Positions 22,575 through 32,000 of a DNA stretch of 32,000 nucleotides are shown here, piece by piece. The stretch lies in the NCBI RefSeq assembly GCF_000011805.1, contig NC_006841.2; one strand, 5' to 3'. The stretch is from Aliivibrio fischeri ES114 (GTDB lineage Bacteria; Pseudomonadota; Gammaproteobacteria; Enterobacterales; Vibrionaceae). The translations under genes and the position numbers were made by a program. How positions within the stretch are numbered: the first letter of the stretch is position 1; each line of letters starts with the position of its first letter. Under the pieces are notes generated by a model. It had not been told where the DNA came from, did no database searches, and saw only the letters and a list, made by a program, of their open reading frames with translations.

Positions 22575-22606
22575 GTGCCAACATTAACTATAGTTAATGT
22601 TGGCAC
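22575..22606. repeat. Perfect 32-bp palindrome GTGCCAACATTAACTATAGTTAATGTTGGCAC
   Basis: The second 16 nt are the exact reverse complement of the first 16. It lies between nnrS and the PTS gene. Confidence 0.9.
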
Positions 22607-22653
22607 TTTAAGAATTAAAATGTGAGTGAGATCTAATTAATTCGAGGCGTAAA

Positions 22654-23838
22654 TTAACCTGGATGTCCATCTACGCGTTTTGACCATAGCATAGGCGCAA
22701 AATGCCAAATGAATAGCCCAAATGCGATAGTCCAGAGAATTGCAGCAATGTTGATCATATCGAGCATATATTCAGGAAATGCAATTACTCCAAATGAACG
22801 GATAAATGCCGCTAAGATGATGGCGCTATAAGCAACCCACATTGACGGGCCTTTATAGATCTCACGGCCAGTATGTCCCATAGTTACTCGAGCAATCATA
22901 GCTAAAATAACGCCGCCTAAGGCACCAATAGCAAATAAATGAATTCCTGTATGAGAGATAAAATAATCGGTACTGAAACCACGTAACAATAAGCTTAGTG
23001 GGATACATAAATAGCCAGCATGAAGTGACCAAACTAGTGGTTCACTCAGTGTTTTATATCCTTTCCAACGGATCATTCTGATTAATTGAGCAACGCCTGC
23101 AATAATCATCAGATATGGACTTACTTGTTCTGACGTTAGAGGGAAAAAGCTCAAAATAAAGAGCATAGCTAATGGGATATTACATAACGCATCTAACCAA
23201 AGAATTGGTTGTGCCTTTTCAAACTGAAAGCGACGAGCGGTAAAAAAAGGAATGACACGAGCACCCATTACGGAAAGTAATAAAGTAAACCACCAAAGCA
23301 TAGACTCCCAAACTGCAGCAGAAGTAAAAGGGGGCATTCCTTTGATCGTTGCATAACTAGCAAAGTTGGCTGCGATAGCCACTAAAAATAATGGAATGAA
23401 AAAGAAGTTTCTCACACCTTTTGTTTTAATTACACGGAAACCTACTTCATAGGCAATAGCAAGTATAAATAGGGCCTCTATGCTTGATGTTAGCCATAGT
23501 GGAGATGGAGTCCAAAATAAAACTCTTGGTAATAACCATAATAAGACAATGAACCCGAGACGTTTATTGGATGTACCTTTAACCCCAGTCCAGTTTTGAA
23601 CCGCACTTAAAACAAAGCCGGCAACAATAGCCATAGAAAAACCAAACAACATTTCGTGAACATGCCACCACAGTGCAGGAACTTGTAGGTAAGCCGGTTG
23701 ACCCGTTTGGAAAGCCCAAACCCAAATTACGACGGCGATAATTGCATAAATGCTGCCTAGTAAGAAGAAAGGACGAAAGCCTAAGCGTAGGATCGGTGGG
23801 ATCTTTTCTTCAATGGCTTTATCAGTAATATTTATCAT
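22654..23838 (-). CDS. nnrS: NnrS family protein (heme/copper membrane protein linked to NO response)
   Basis: 394 aa multi-TM: 'ILRLGFRPFFLLGSIYAI', 'WWHVHEMLFGFSMAIVAGFVLSAVQNWTG', 'HLFAIGALGGVILAMIARVTMGHTGR'. Confidence 0.92.
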   Translation of the reverse strand: MINITDKAIEEKIPPILRLGFRPFFLLGSIYAIIAVVIWVWAFQTGQPAYLQVPALWWHVHEMLFGFSMAIVAGFVLSAVQNWTGVKGTSNKRLGFIVLLWLLPRVLFWTPSPLWLTSSIEALFILAIAYEVGFRVIKTKGVRNFFFIPLFLVAIAANFASYATIKGMPPFTSAAVWESMLWWFTLLLSVMGARVIPFFTARRFQFEKAQPILWLDALCNIPLAMLFILSFFPLTSEQVSPYLMIIAGVAQLIRMIRWKGYKTLSEPLVWSLHAGYLCIPLSLLLRGFSTDYFISHTGIHLFAIGALGGVILAMIARVTMGHTGREIYKGPSMWVAYSAIILAAFIRSFGVIAFPEYMLDMINIAAILWTIAFGLFIWHFAPMLWSKRVDGHPG

Positions 23839-23892
23839 AATTTGTTCTCAATTTTTAGTGACAAAACAAGTATAACGCAAAGGGAAAATAAT

Positions 23893-23915
23893 AACATGTA
23901 TTTTTTATGCATGTT
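23893..23915. promoter_or_regulatory. Putative NsrR-binding operator
   Basis: AACATGTATTTTTTATGCATGTT, 23-bp imperfect dyad resembling the gammaproteobacterial NsrR consensus AAGATGYATTTWAAATRCATCTT, about 55-77 nt upstream of the nnrS start. Confidence 0.6.
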
Positions 23916-24036
23916 TAAGAGGTTCATTCTCTTTTTTTGTGATTGTTGTGTAAATGTTAATTAATTAGAACAATAACTCGACTTTAATAAGCCATCAGTT
24001 AAGATGAATCCATAAAAGCAATAAATGGAATAATGT

Positions 24037-24891
24037 ATGAGTCAGAAGATTTACTTTGGTACTGAAAACAAATTCAGTGTTAAGCGCAGCGCTTTGAATG
24101 TCGTTACTCGTTTGCATCATTTGCTAATTCCAAGTCATGCAAAGAAAATGGGAAGGAAATTATTACTGACACCAGTAAGAACAAAGCCGAAAAACACTGA
24201 GCCAAATGGATTAATTAAAAGTAAATTAACCTCTACCGAAGGAACTCTTAGTTTATATAAGCTGGGGCAAGGTCCTATTTGGGTATTGGCTCATGGTTGG
24301 TCAGGTAATTCGAGTCAATTTTATCCATTGATGGAATACATTGCATCGAAGGGGTTTACAGCCATTGCGTTTGATCATCCTGCTCATGGTGAGAGTGAAG
24401 GAAAACACGCTCATTTACCTGCATTTATTGAGGGCTTAAATGCGGTATTGGACTCTTGTGATGAAGTTGCAGGTGTCATTGCACATAGTATGGGGACATC
24501 AGCGGTATTGGAATGTCGTCATTATCAATTGGAACAGACCCCATTGTTATTGATTGCGCCGGTTTTAAATTATACCGAAAACTTGTTTAGTAGCATTGAG
24601 CGTTCAGGCTATTCAATGAAGCTGTTTACAGCCATCGTTGGGGATATTGAGGAGCAGTACCAGAGAACCATCGATAGTTTTAATCCGTATCAACGATTGC
24701 AACAAAGAGAAACTCAAACAATTATCGTACATGATAAAGAAGATCGTTTTTCTAGTTTTGAGCTTTCAAAAGCGGCAGCAGAACATATTGAACAAGTAAT
24801 TTTATACCCAACAATCGGTTTAGGTCATGGGCGTGTAATGGCAAGTGAAGAGGCTAAAAAAGCGTTTGATGAGTTATCTAAGTCGAATTAA
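24037..24891 (+). CDS. Alpha/beta hydrolase
   Basis: 284 aa with 'VLAHGWSGNSSQFYPLMEYI', nucleophile elbow 'GVIAHSMGTSAVL', catalytic-type 'GLGHGRVM'. Confidence 0.9.
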   Translation: MSQKIYFGTENKFSVKRSALNVVTRLHHLLIPSHAKKMGRKLLLTPVRTKPKNTEPNGLIKSKLTSTEGTLSLYKLGQGPIWVLAHGWSGNSSQFYPLMEYIASKGFTAIAFDHPAHGESEGKHAHLPAFIEGLNAVLDSCDEVAGVIAHSMGTSAVLECRHYQLEQTPLLLIAPVLNYTENLFSSIERSGYSMKLFTAIVGDIEEQYQRTIDSFNPYQRLQQRETQTIIVHDKEDRFSSFELSKAAAEHIEQVILYPTIGLGHGRVMASEEAKKAFDELSKSN

Positions 24892-24943
24892 GTTTTTATG
24901 ATTTTTGCTTCAGTTATTCGTAAATAATGGGCTGAATAAAAGC

Positions 24944-24984
24944 TAAAGCCGATGCATAAAAAACACTATGCATCGGCTTTTTTA
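24944..24984. terminator. Bidirectional terminator
   Basis: aaagccgatgcataaaaaacactatgcatcggctttttt stem-loop between convergent genes. Confidence 0.8.
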
Positions 24985-26010
24985 TTATCGGAATAACATT
25001 TGTCTGAATGGTGTTTTATCCATGATTAAAACAAATAAGGTAGATGCTGTTGCTGTACCAAATACAATGACAAAATCTCGCATTGCTAATGTTATTCCCA
25101 TCATTCCGGTAATATTTAAGAACACGACCACAAATAGCAAATGGCAAACGTAAATGCCAAGAACATGTTTACTTAACGTGAAAGTGATAGGGTGATGGCC
25201 AAGTTGTGGTTTAGATAATAAAAGAAAAAACACGCCAATTCCCATTAATGGAGTGCCAATTAAAAAGTCATGCAAGTTAAAAGGTACATCAAACTGAGTT
25301 AACCAATACGCCTCACTAAAATGAATAGCAAAACCAACCAATAATAAAATCAAAGCGTTAGTTGATGAAAGCGTAATCTCTCTTCTTCGTAATTCAAATC
25401 CGATGACCACCATTAAGGTACTAAAGAAAGGGCCATTTCGAGTAAAAAATGGAGTCCAAACTTCAGTGAGTGTTTGATAGCTACCGCCAGCAAGACCGTA
25501 TACATATAAGATCACAGCGATAGGGATAAGCCATGTCGTCTTTTTAAAGTGAATTAATAACCCAATAATTGATACGGCGATAATGAGTGCAGGGATAAAC
25601 CATAAGTGCACCATACCACCTTCAAACAAGGCGTTTAATGGGTTCTGTGTTAACCAATTCCAGTAACCAGTACGCTCTGCTAGATACCCATTTTCAGCGA
25701 CTTTTCTCCAATGAAAAGGCAAAGCTAAACTTAACACGCTCCATACTATCCATATTTTAAATAAAGGAGCACAGTATGATTGGATCGTTTTTAAAGGAGT
25801 ATGCGTTAATTTAGGTTGAATAAAATAACCAGATAAAATGAAAAAGAAAGGAACCGCAAAACGGGTTAGCTGGTTAAATATATTGCCGAAAACTGGGAAA
25901 TCATCCATTAGTAGATAAGTCATGAAAACTTGTGAGTGTAAAGCGATGATCGCGAACATAGCAAGAAGGCGTCCTAACTCTAAGCTAGCGATTTTATTTG
26001 TATTTTCCAT
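24985..26010 (-). CDS. Acyltransferase-3 family integral membrane protein
   Basis: ORF 24985..26037 with an upstream non-ATG start; ATG at 26010 gives MENTNKIASLELGRLLAMFAIIALHSQVFM. 'RFAVPFFFILSGYF' is typical of acyltransferase 3. Confidence 0.87.
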   Translation of the reverse strand: MENTNKIASLELGRLLAMFAIIALHSQVFMTYLLMDDFPVFGNIFNQLTRFAVPFFFILSGYFIQPKLTHTPLKTIQSYCAPLFKIWIVWSVLSLALPFHWRKVAENGYLAERTGYWNWLTQNPLNALFEGGMVHLWFIPALIIAVSIIGLLIHFKKTTWLIPIAVILYVYGLAGGSYQTLTEVWTPFFTRNGPFFSTLMVVIGFELRRREITLSSTNALILLLVGFAIHFSEAYWLTQFDVPFNLHDFLIGTPLMGIGVFFLLLSKPQLGHHPITFTLSKHVLGIYVCHLLFVVVFLNITGMMGITLAMRDFVIVFGTATASTLFVLIMDKTPFRQMLFR

Positions 26011-26170
26011 TATGAATACCATTAAATTTTTCGACAATCTACCAATCTGTTTTTTAATAAAATATGAGATAGATTAATTTTGTAGAGGTTGAGCAGAAGA
26101 TGTTTACGAAATTGAGATTGCTTTCACATATAAGATTTACTTTTGAAAATGAAATTATTTGATAAACGCA

Positions 26171-26201
26171 TTGACCTTCCCCTAAGTGGAGGCTTTAGTA
26201 T
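26171..26201 (+). promoter_or_regulatory. CueR/MerR-type copper-responsive promoter
   Basis: TTGACC-(19 bp: TTCCCCTAAGTGGAGGCTT)-TAGTAT with dyad ACCTTCC-N7-GGAGGCT; closely resembles the E. coli copA CueR promoter (ttgACCTTCCCCTTGCTGGAAGGTTTA). Confidence 0.85.
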
Positions 26202-26223
26202 GGGTTCAATTCTTTAATGTAGA

Positions 26224-26619
26224 GTGTTATTTGTGATTACTTCTTTTTCTAAATGGTTAGTGACAAGCGTTACGCTGATGGCATTAGTGCTATCTAGTGT
26301 TGCGTATAGCTACCCAATGAAAATGGAAGTGACAAACACTGATATGCAGCATCATGCAAGTATGGAATCTGATTGCCATTCAACACAAAGTGATACTGTA
26401 GAGTGTAATATGGGCTCTATGAAAATGAGTATTGATCATCATTGTTCAGGTAAAGGTGAAACTTGTTGTAAGACGGCGTGCGTCACTTCAATCTGCGCTT
26501 TACCTTCAAATTTATATACTTATATTCATTCAGCAGAATCAGTAATTAATTACATCCAATATAATGAACAGCCTCGTTCATTTGTTGCTTCCTCTTTGTT
26601 TCGACCTCCTATTCTTTAA
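26224..26619 (+). CDS. Small exported Cys/Met/His-rich protein, putative copper-associated
   Basis: 131 aa, GTG start (a second in-frame GTG lies 9 nt on). Hydrophobic signal region 'KWLVTSVTLMALVLSSVAYS', then 'MQHHASMESDCHSTQSDTVECNMGSMKMSIDHHCSGKGETCCKTAC'. Directly downstream of the CueR-type promoter. Confidence 0.7.
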   Translation: MLFVITSFSKWLVTSVTLMALVLSSVAYSYPMKMEVTNTDMQHHASMESDCHSTQSDTVECNMGSMKMSIDHHCSGKGETCCKTACVTSICALPSNLYTYIHSAESVINYIQYNEQPRSFVASSLFRPPIL

Positions 26620-26794
26620 TTCCAATGAATACCAATCTCAGTAAATAGTTTACTTCGTTAATTCTGAACGCTTGCTTACTGTGGTTGATATAAAACTCAT
26701 TAAATCAATTAGCTAAATAGTTTTTCCTTTCTATTTAACGGTTTAATTATGGTGATGATCTGTAGATAGATTGCGCCATTATTGGAATGATCTT

Positions 26795-28129
26795 ATGAAA
26801 AAATTACCACTTATACGTTTTAAAAAAGCGTGGTTAGTTTCTGCTATCTCTATAGTTCTATCACATCAAGTGATGGCAGAAGAACAATTAACACAATTGA
26901 TAGAACAAGCATTGTCATCTGATGCAAGCAGAGAGCAGATATACGCACAATCTCAAGCAATGCGAGCAACAGGTATTGCAAATTCAACTTTAGCGGATCC
27001 TACTCTCAAAGTAGGATTTGGCGGTTTACCTGTTGATAGCTTCAAGTTCGATGAAGATCCAATGACGAATATATCCGTTGGATTAATGCAGAAATTTGGT
27101 CGTGGCTCAAGTTTGGACCTACAACAAAAGCAAATGGGCCAACAAGCAGATGTATTAGCGATGCAAGTTCAAGTTCGTGAATTAGAGGTTGCCAATGCAA
27201 TTAGTCAGTTGTGGATTGAACTTGGATTTTTACAAAAAGCAGAAGCGATCTTACATGAAAATCGTCGTTTACTGACTGAAATGGAATCGTATATCAATAC
27301 TAATTACTCTATTGGTAAAAGTGAAAGCCAAGACTTATTGCAAGCGCAATTACAACTCACTCGTTTAGATGAAAAAGTGCAGACCAATAAGCAATCACAA
27401 GAGCGAATTTATGCACAGCTATCAGAGTGGTTACCGAATTTACCTCAGCAGCAATTAGATAAAATCAGGCCACTTCACTGGGATTATTTAGATCAAATTT
27501 TGGAGAGAAATGCTCATAGTTCTACTGATTTTTATGAGTTATTAAAAACCAACCCAACAATAAAAATGAGTGAATTAGCAATTGTTGCGACAAAAACAAA
27601 AGTCGATATTGCTGATGAATCTTATTCGCCCCAATTTGGTGTAGAAGTGATGTATGCCTATCGTCAAGCTAATGGTATGGGTGGTCAACCCGCATCAGAT
27701 TTAGTTAGTGCTTATGTCACTATGGATATCCCTTTATTTACAGACAAGCGCCAAGATCAGAATTATGCAGCAGCTCAATATCAAGTTGGCTCTGCGAAAT
27801 CACAGCGTGATGTGTTACTGCGTCAAATGAACGCAAAAGTGAACGCATTATTAGTGGATAAAAGTAATTTGGAACAGCGTCTTTCTCGTTATAACGAAAC
27901 GTTATTGCCTCAATCAAAAGAGAGAACGAAAGCGGTCGAGCGCGGTTATGAGAATAATACCGCTCAATTTAATGACGTCATTATAGCCTCTAATGATGAG
28001 TTAAGTTTAGAACTAGAAAAACAACGTTTAATGAGTGATTTAGATAAAACAAACAGTAACTTAGCATTTTATCTCAATGGGTTTGATTACCACATATCAG
28101 CACCACAACTAGCACCATCTGAGAATTAA
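26795..28129 (+). CDS. cusC: TolC-family outer-membrane efflux protein (CusC-like)
   Basis: ORF 26771..28129 (TTG start); in-frame ATG at 26795 gives signal peptide MKKLPLIRFKKAWLVSAISIVLSHQVMAEE. OEP-family helical repeats; operon context with RND genes. Confidence 0.83.
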   Translation: MKKLPLIRFKKAWLVSAISIVLSHQVMAEEQLTQLIEQALSSDASREQIYAQSQAMRATGIANSTLADPTLKVGFGGLPVDSFKFDEDPMTNISVGLMQKFGRGSSLDLQQKQMGQQADVLAMQVQVRELEVANAISQLWIELGFLQKAEAILHENRRLLTEMESYINTNYSIGKSESQDLLQAQLQLTRLDEKVQTNKQSQERIYAQLSEWLPNLPQQQLDKIRPLHWDYLDQILERNAHSSTDFYELLKTNPTIKMSELAIVATKTKVDIADESYSPQFGVEVMYAYRQANGMGGQPASDLVSAYVTMDIPLFTDKRQDQNYAAAQYQVGSAKSQRDVLLRQMNAKVNALLVDKSNLEQRLSRYNETLLPQSKERTKAVERGYENNTAQFNDVIIASNDELSLELEKQRLMSDLDKTNSNLAFYLNGFDYHISAPQLAPSEN

Positions 28130-28139
28130 GGAAGAAAAT

Positions 28140-29609
28140 ATGAAGTCATTTAAAATCGCCGTACTTTCAGTTGTTATTGGTGGTGTAATTGGTGCTGGAA
28201 GCATGAATTTCTATTCAGCACATTCAATGAATATGATGCCGAAGAATCAGGATACACCATCAGTAAGTTCGAGTAATGAACCTTTGTATTGGGTGGCTCC
28301 AATGGATGCAAATTATCGTCGTGATAAACCGGGTAAGTCACCTATGGGAATGGATTTAGTTCCAGTGTATGCCGATGATGCTCAAGGTGAGAAAGCACCG
28401 GTAGGAACCGTGACGATTGATCCAAGCGTTGTTAATAATCTTGGTGTGAAAAGTGCGTTTGTAGAGAAATCAATTCTCTCTCCAAATATAGATACTGTCG
28501 GTTACATTGCTTTTGATGAAAGTAAATTATGGCAAGTCAACGTACGAGCGGCGGGTTGGGTTGAGAAACTGAATATCAACGCGATTGGCGAGCGGGTAAA
28601 TAAAGGCGATGTACTATTTACACTTTATTCACCGGAGTTAGTTAAAGCACAAGAAGAGTTGTTGAATGCCTATCGAACAGGTCGTAAAGGTTTGGTTAAA
28701 GGTGCGAGAGAACGTTTGTATTCATTAGGTGTTGATAAAGTCCAGGTTAACTCTATTGTTAGGTCTGGTAAAGCTAATAAAAATATAGAGATAAAAGCAA
28801 GTTCTAATGGTGTTATCGCGAGTTTAAATATTCGAGAAGGAGGCTATTTGTCACCGTCACAAATCGTGATAACCGCTGGTCCACTTGAAGATATATGGGT
28901 TGATGCTGAGGTATTTGAACGTCAAGCTTATTGGTTATCTTCGGGAAATAAAGCGGTGATGACACTGGATGCGATCCCAGGAAAAATGTGGGAAGGCGAA
29001 GTGGATTACGTTTATCCCATTCTAGATCCAAAAACTCGTACTATGCGTATGCGCTTGAAGTTTGATAATCAAGATGGCGCATTAAAACCAAATATGTTTG
29101 CCAATATAACAATACAACCAAAAACCAAAGAAGAAGTGTTAACCATTCCTCGCCAGTCTGTTATCCGTTCAGGTGGTATGACACGAGTGGTATTAGATGA
29201 AGGAAATGGTAAGTATCGTTCTGCTCGAATAGTGATTGGACGAGAAGCTGGCAATAAAGCAGAAGTCGTTAAGGGACTGAAAGAAAACAATAAAGTAGTT
29301 ACATCAGCTCAATTCTTATTAGATTCAGAATCCAGCAAAACCGCAGAACTAAGCCGAATTAATGGACCAGAAAACAGTATTTGGATCTCTGGTGATATTA
29401 CGATGTTAATGGCTGATTTTGGCATGGTTACTTTTGAGCATAGAGCCGTTTCACAATGGGATTGGAAAGCAGGAGAAATGAACTTCTCGGTTGAAAATAA
29501 CATTGATCTCTCTACTTTTCGTGAAGGTGAAGCCGTTCAGTTTTTAGTGCAAAAAGACAATGATGAATTCAAATTACTAGAAATTGAAAAAGAAGGGGAA
29601 GCATTATGA
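28140..29609 (+). CDS. cusB: RND efflux periplasmic adaptor (CusB-like) with N-terminal heavy-metal-binding motif and C-terminal CusF-like domain
   Basis: 489 aa; '[31 protein letters not shown]', membrane-fusion core, C-terminal '[54 protein letters not shown]'. Confidence 0.9.
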   Translation: MKSFKIAVLSVVIGGVIGAGSMNFYSAHSMNMMPKNQDTPSVSSSNEPLYWVAPMDANYRRDKPGKSPMGMDLVPVYADDAQGEKAPVGTVTIDPSVVNNLGVKSAFVEKSILSPNIDTVGYIAFDESKLWQVNVRAAGWVEKLNINAIGERVNKGDVLFTLYSPELVKAQEELLNAYRTGRKGLVKGARERLYSLGVDKVQVNSIVRSGKANKNIEIKASSNGVIASLNIREGGYLSPSQIVITAGPLEDIWVDAEVFERQAYWLSSGNKAVMTLDAIPGKMWEGEVDYVYPILDPKTRTMRMRLKFDNQDGALKPNMFANITIQPKTKEEVLTIPRQSVIRSGGMTRVVLDEGNGKYRSARIVIGREAGNKAEVVKGLKENNKVVTSAQFLLDSESSKTAELSRINGPENSIWISGDITMLMADFGMVTFEHRAVSQWDWKAGEMNFSVENNIDLSTFREGEAVQFLVQKDNDEFKLLEIEKEGEAL

Positions 29610-32000
29610 TCCCTGCAATTATACGTTGGTCTATTAAAAATCGATTTTTAGTTTTAGTTGCTACTTTTGCCCTTGTTGTTGCTGGAATTTACAGTGTAAA
29701 GAATACGCCTGTTGATGCTTTGCCGGATCTTTCTGATGTTCAAGTGATCATCAAAACAAGTTATCCAGGGCAAGCACCACAAGTGGTGGAAGATCAAGTG
29801 ACTTATCCTTTAACGACGGCCATGTTAGCCGTACCCGGAGCAGAGACGGTTCGAGGTTATTCCTTCTTTGGTGATTCTTACGTATATATCATTTTTAACG
29901 ATGATACAGACATGTACTGGGCACGTTCGCGTGTTTTAGAGTATCTAAGTCAAGTTGCACCTAAGTTACCAGCAGAAGCAAAACCGACATTAGGCCCAGA
30001 TGCAACCGGTGTTGGTTGGGTGTATAGCTATGTATTACAAGATAAAACCGGTCAGCATGACCTTGCTGAACTGCGCAGTTTGCAAGATTGGTTTTTAAAA
30101 TATGAATTACAAACGGTTGATGGGGTATCAGAAGTTGCTACGGTAGGCGGAATGGTAAAGCAATATCAGGTTGAAATTGATCCTGATAAGTTAAGAGCTT
30201 ACAACTTAACCTTACAACAGGTTAATAAAGCCATTAAAGAGGGAAATCAAGAAACGGGAGCATCCGTTATTGAAGTGGCAGAAGCTGAACATATGGTACG
30301 TACATCAGGTTACTTAAGTAGTGTTGAAGATATCCAATCTTTGCCACTAAAAGTAACAGATAAAGGTACGCCTCTGTTATTAGGTGATATTGCTGATATT
30401 AATTTAGGCCCACAAATGCGCCGAGGGATCTCTGAGTTTAATGGAGAAGGGGAAGCCGTTGGTGGTGTGATTGTGATGCGATTTGGTGAGAACGCCAGCG
30501 AAGTTATTGCTAACGTGAAAGAAAAGTTAGCTCAACTTCAAAAGGGCTTACCAGATGGTGTTGAAATAAAAGCCACTTATGATCGCTCAACATTAATCGA
30601 TCACGCCGTGAAGAACCTTTGGGAGAAATTAGCAGAAGAGTTCATTGTTGTTGCTATTGTTTGTGCTCTGTTCTTATTCCACATACGGTCTTCATTGGTC
30701 ATCGCATTAAGTTTACCCGTTGGGATCTTGAGTGCTTTTATTGTGATGCATTGGCAAGGTATTAACGCAAACATCATGTCCTTAGGTGGTATTGCGATAG
30801 CCATAGGGGCGATGGTTGATGGTGCGATTGTAATGATTGAAAACGTACATAAGCATATAGAAAAAACACCATTAACCGATAAAAACCGTTGGCAAGTGAT
30901 TGGTAAAGCGGCAGAAGAAGTCGGGCCTCCATTATTTTTCTCTTTACTTATCATAACGTTAAGCTTTGTTCCTGTATTTGCTCTTGAAGGGCAAGAAGGA
31001 AAAATGTTTTCTCCATTAGCTTTTACTAAAACCTTTGCGATGGCGGCATCTGCTGGCTTAGCTATTACGTTGGTACCCGTATTAATGGGCTATTTTGTGC
31101 GAGGAAAGATCTTACCTGAGCATAAGAACCCAATTAATAAAACACTGGTTTCATTATATCGACCGTTACTTAATGTGAGCTTGCGTTTCCCTAAAACGAT
31201 GTTACTTGTTGCTATGGTACTGATGGGCTCAGCTTATTACCCAATATCTAAGATGGGGAGTGAATTTATTCCTCCGTTAGATGAAGGGGATTTAATGTAT
31301 ATGCCAACGACGTATCCGGGCATCTCTATTGGTAAAGCGCGTGAATTATTACAGCAAACCAATAAGTTAATTAAAACGGTACCAGAGGTAGATACGGTCT
31401 GGGGGAAAATTGGTCGAGCAGAAACAGCGACCGATCCTGCACCATTAACGATGATCGAAACGGTGATTCAGTTCAAACCTAAAGATGAATGGCGTGACGG
31501 TGTCACAACTGAATCAATTAAAAACGAACTAGACCAATTGATTCAATTTCCTGGAATTACAAATGCATGGGTAATGCCGATTAAAACTCGTATCGATATG
31601 TTGGCGACTGGGATTAAAACACCAATAGGAATAAAAATAGCAGGGCCAGATCTTAATGTTATTGAAAAGATAGGGGCGGAGTTAGAACCGATTTTAAATA
31701 ACATCCAAGGAACGACTTCTGTTTACGCAGAGCGTGTTGCTGGTGGTCGCTATGTCACGATTGATATTAAACGCCGTCAAGCTGCTCGATATGGACTAAA
31801 TATTAAAGATATTCAGCAGGTTATATCAACAGCCGTTGGTGGAATGAATGTTGGTGAAACCATTGAGGGCCTAGAGCGTTATCCAATTAACGTTCGATAT
31901 CCGCAATCGTATCGAGACTCAGTCGTTAAATTACAAAACTTGCCTCTTATCACATCAAGTGGTGCTCGAATTGCTCTAGGTGACGTGGCGGAGATCCGTT
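29606..32000 (+). CDS. cusA: Heavy-metal efflux RND transporter, CusA family (truncated by window end)
   Basis: Open frame from ATG at 29606 overlapping the cusB stop: '[74 protein letters not shown]...' to the window end. Not in the ORF track because there is no stop. Confidence 0.94.
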   Translation, partial: MIPAIIRWSIKNRFLVLVATFALVVAGIYSVKNTPVDALPDLSDVQVIIKTSYPGQAPQVVEDQVTYPLTTAMLAVPGAETVRGYSFFGDSYVYIIFNDDTDMYWARSRVLEYLSQVAPKLPAEAKPTLGPDATGVGWVYSYVLQDKTGQHDLAELRSLQDWFLKYELQTVDGVSEVATVGGMVKQYQVEIDPDKLRAYNLTLQQVNKAIKEGNQETGASVIEVAEAEHMVRTSGYLSSVEDIQSLPLKVTDKGTPLLLGDIADINLGPQMRRGISEFNGEGEAVGGVIVMRFGENASEVIANVKEKLAQLQKGLPDGVEIKATYDRSTLIDHAVKNLWEKLAEEFIVVAIVCALFLFHIRSSLVIALSLPVGILSAFIVMHWQGINANIMSLGGIAIAIGAMVDGAIVMIENVHKHIEKTPLTDKNRWQVIGKAAEEVGPPLFFSLLIITLSFVPVFALEGQEGKMFSPLAFTKTFAMAASAGLAITLVPVLMGYFVRGKILPEHKNPINKTLVSLYRPLLNVSLRFPKTMLLVAMVLMGSAYYPISKMGSEFIPPLDEGDLMYMPTTYPGISIGKARELLQQTNKLIKTVPEVDTVWGKIGRAETATDPAPLTMIETVIQFKPKDEWRDGVTTESIKNELDQLIQFPGITNAWVMPIKTRIDMLATGIKTPIGIKIAGPDLNVIEKIGAELEPILNNIQGTTSVYAERVAGGRYVTIDIKRRQAARYGLNIKDIQQVISTAVGGMNVGETIEGLERYPINVRYPQSYRDSVVKLQNLPLITSSGARIALGDVAEIR

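Noticed and set aside
26620-26770. Gap between the small copper ORF and cusC considered as a second regulated promoter or repeat element
   Set aside because: AT-rich with 'ataccaatctcagtaaatag'-like sequence, but no convincing -35/-10 pair, dyad or second copy in the window.
28813-30954. Minus-strand ORFs opposite cusB/cusA (28813, 29069, 29309, 30601)
   Set aside because: Antisense shadows of strongly supported RND genes.

Overview
The window reads as ordinary chromosomal backbone of a Vibrio/Aliivibrio-type gammaproteobacterium. In order it contains: 3' end of 23S rRNA, 5S rRNA and tRNA-Trp(CCA), with a tandem duplication of the tRNA 3' half plus terminator; a DHH-type inorganic pyrophosphatase; an unannotated 50-aa Cys4 zinc-ribbon ORF; a DUF2062 protein; comEC; msbA-lpxK-ycaR(Trm112-like)-kdsB; an ElyC/DUF218 protein; cmoM-mukF-mukE-mukB; a DnaJ-related protein; an OmpR-type two-component system; a small CxxC protein; a PTS EIIBC permease; NnrS; an alpha/beta hydrolase; an acyltransferase-3 protein; and a copper/silver efflux locus (small Cys/Met/His-rich exported ORF, cusC-like, cusB with a fused CusF-like tail, and cusA truncated by the window end). 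No CRISPR array, prophage, transposase or obvious new defence system is visible. The points most worth a second look are: a near-textbook CueR/MerR-type promoter (19-bp spacer with dyad) in front of the copper locus and its uncharacterised metal-ligand-rich first ORF; the CusB-CusF fusion with one canonical CusF Met ligand replaced; an NsrR-like 23-bp operator upstream of nnrS; the partial tRNA-Trp duplication; a perfect 32-bp palindrome upstream of the PTS gene; and the hidden zinc-ribbon ORF.
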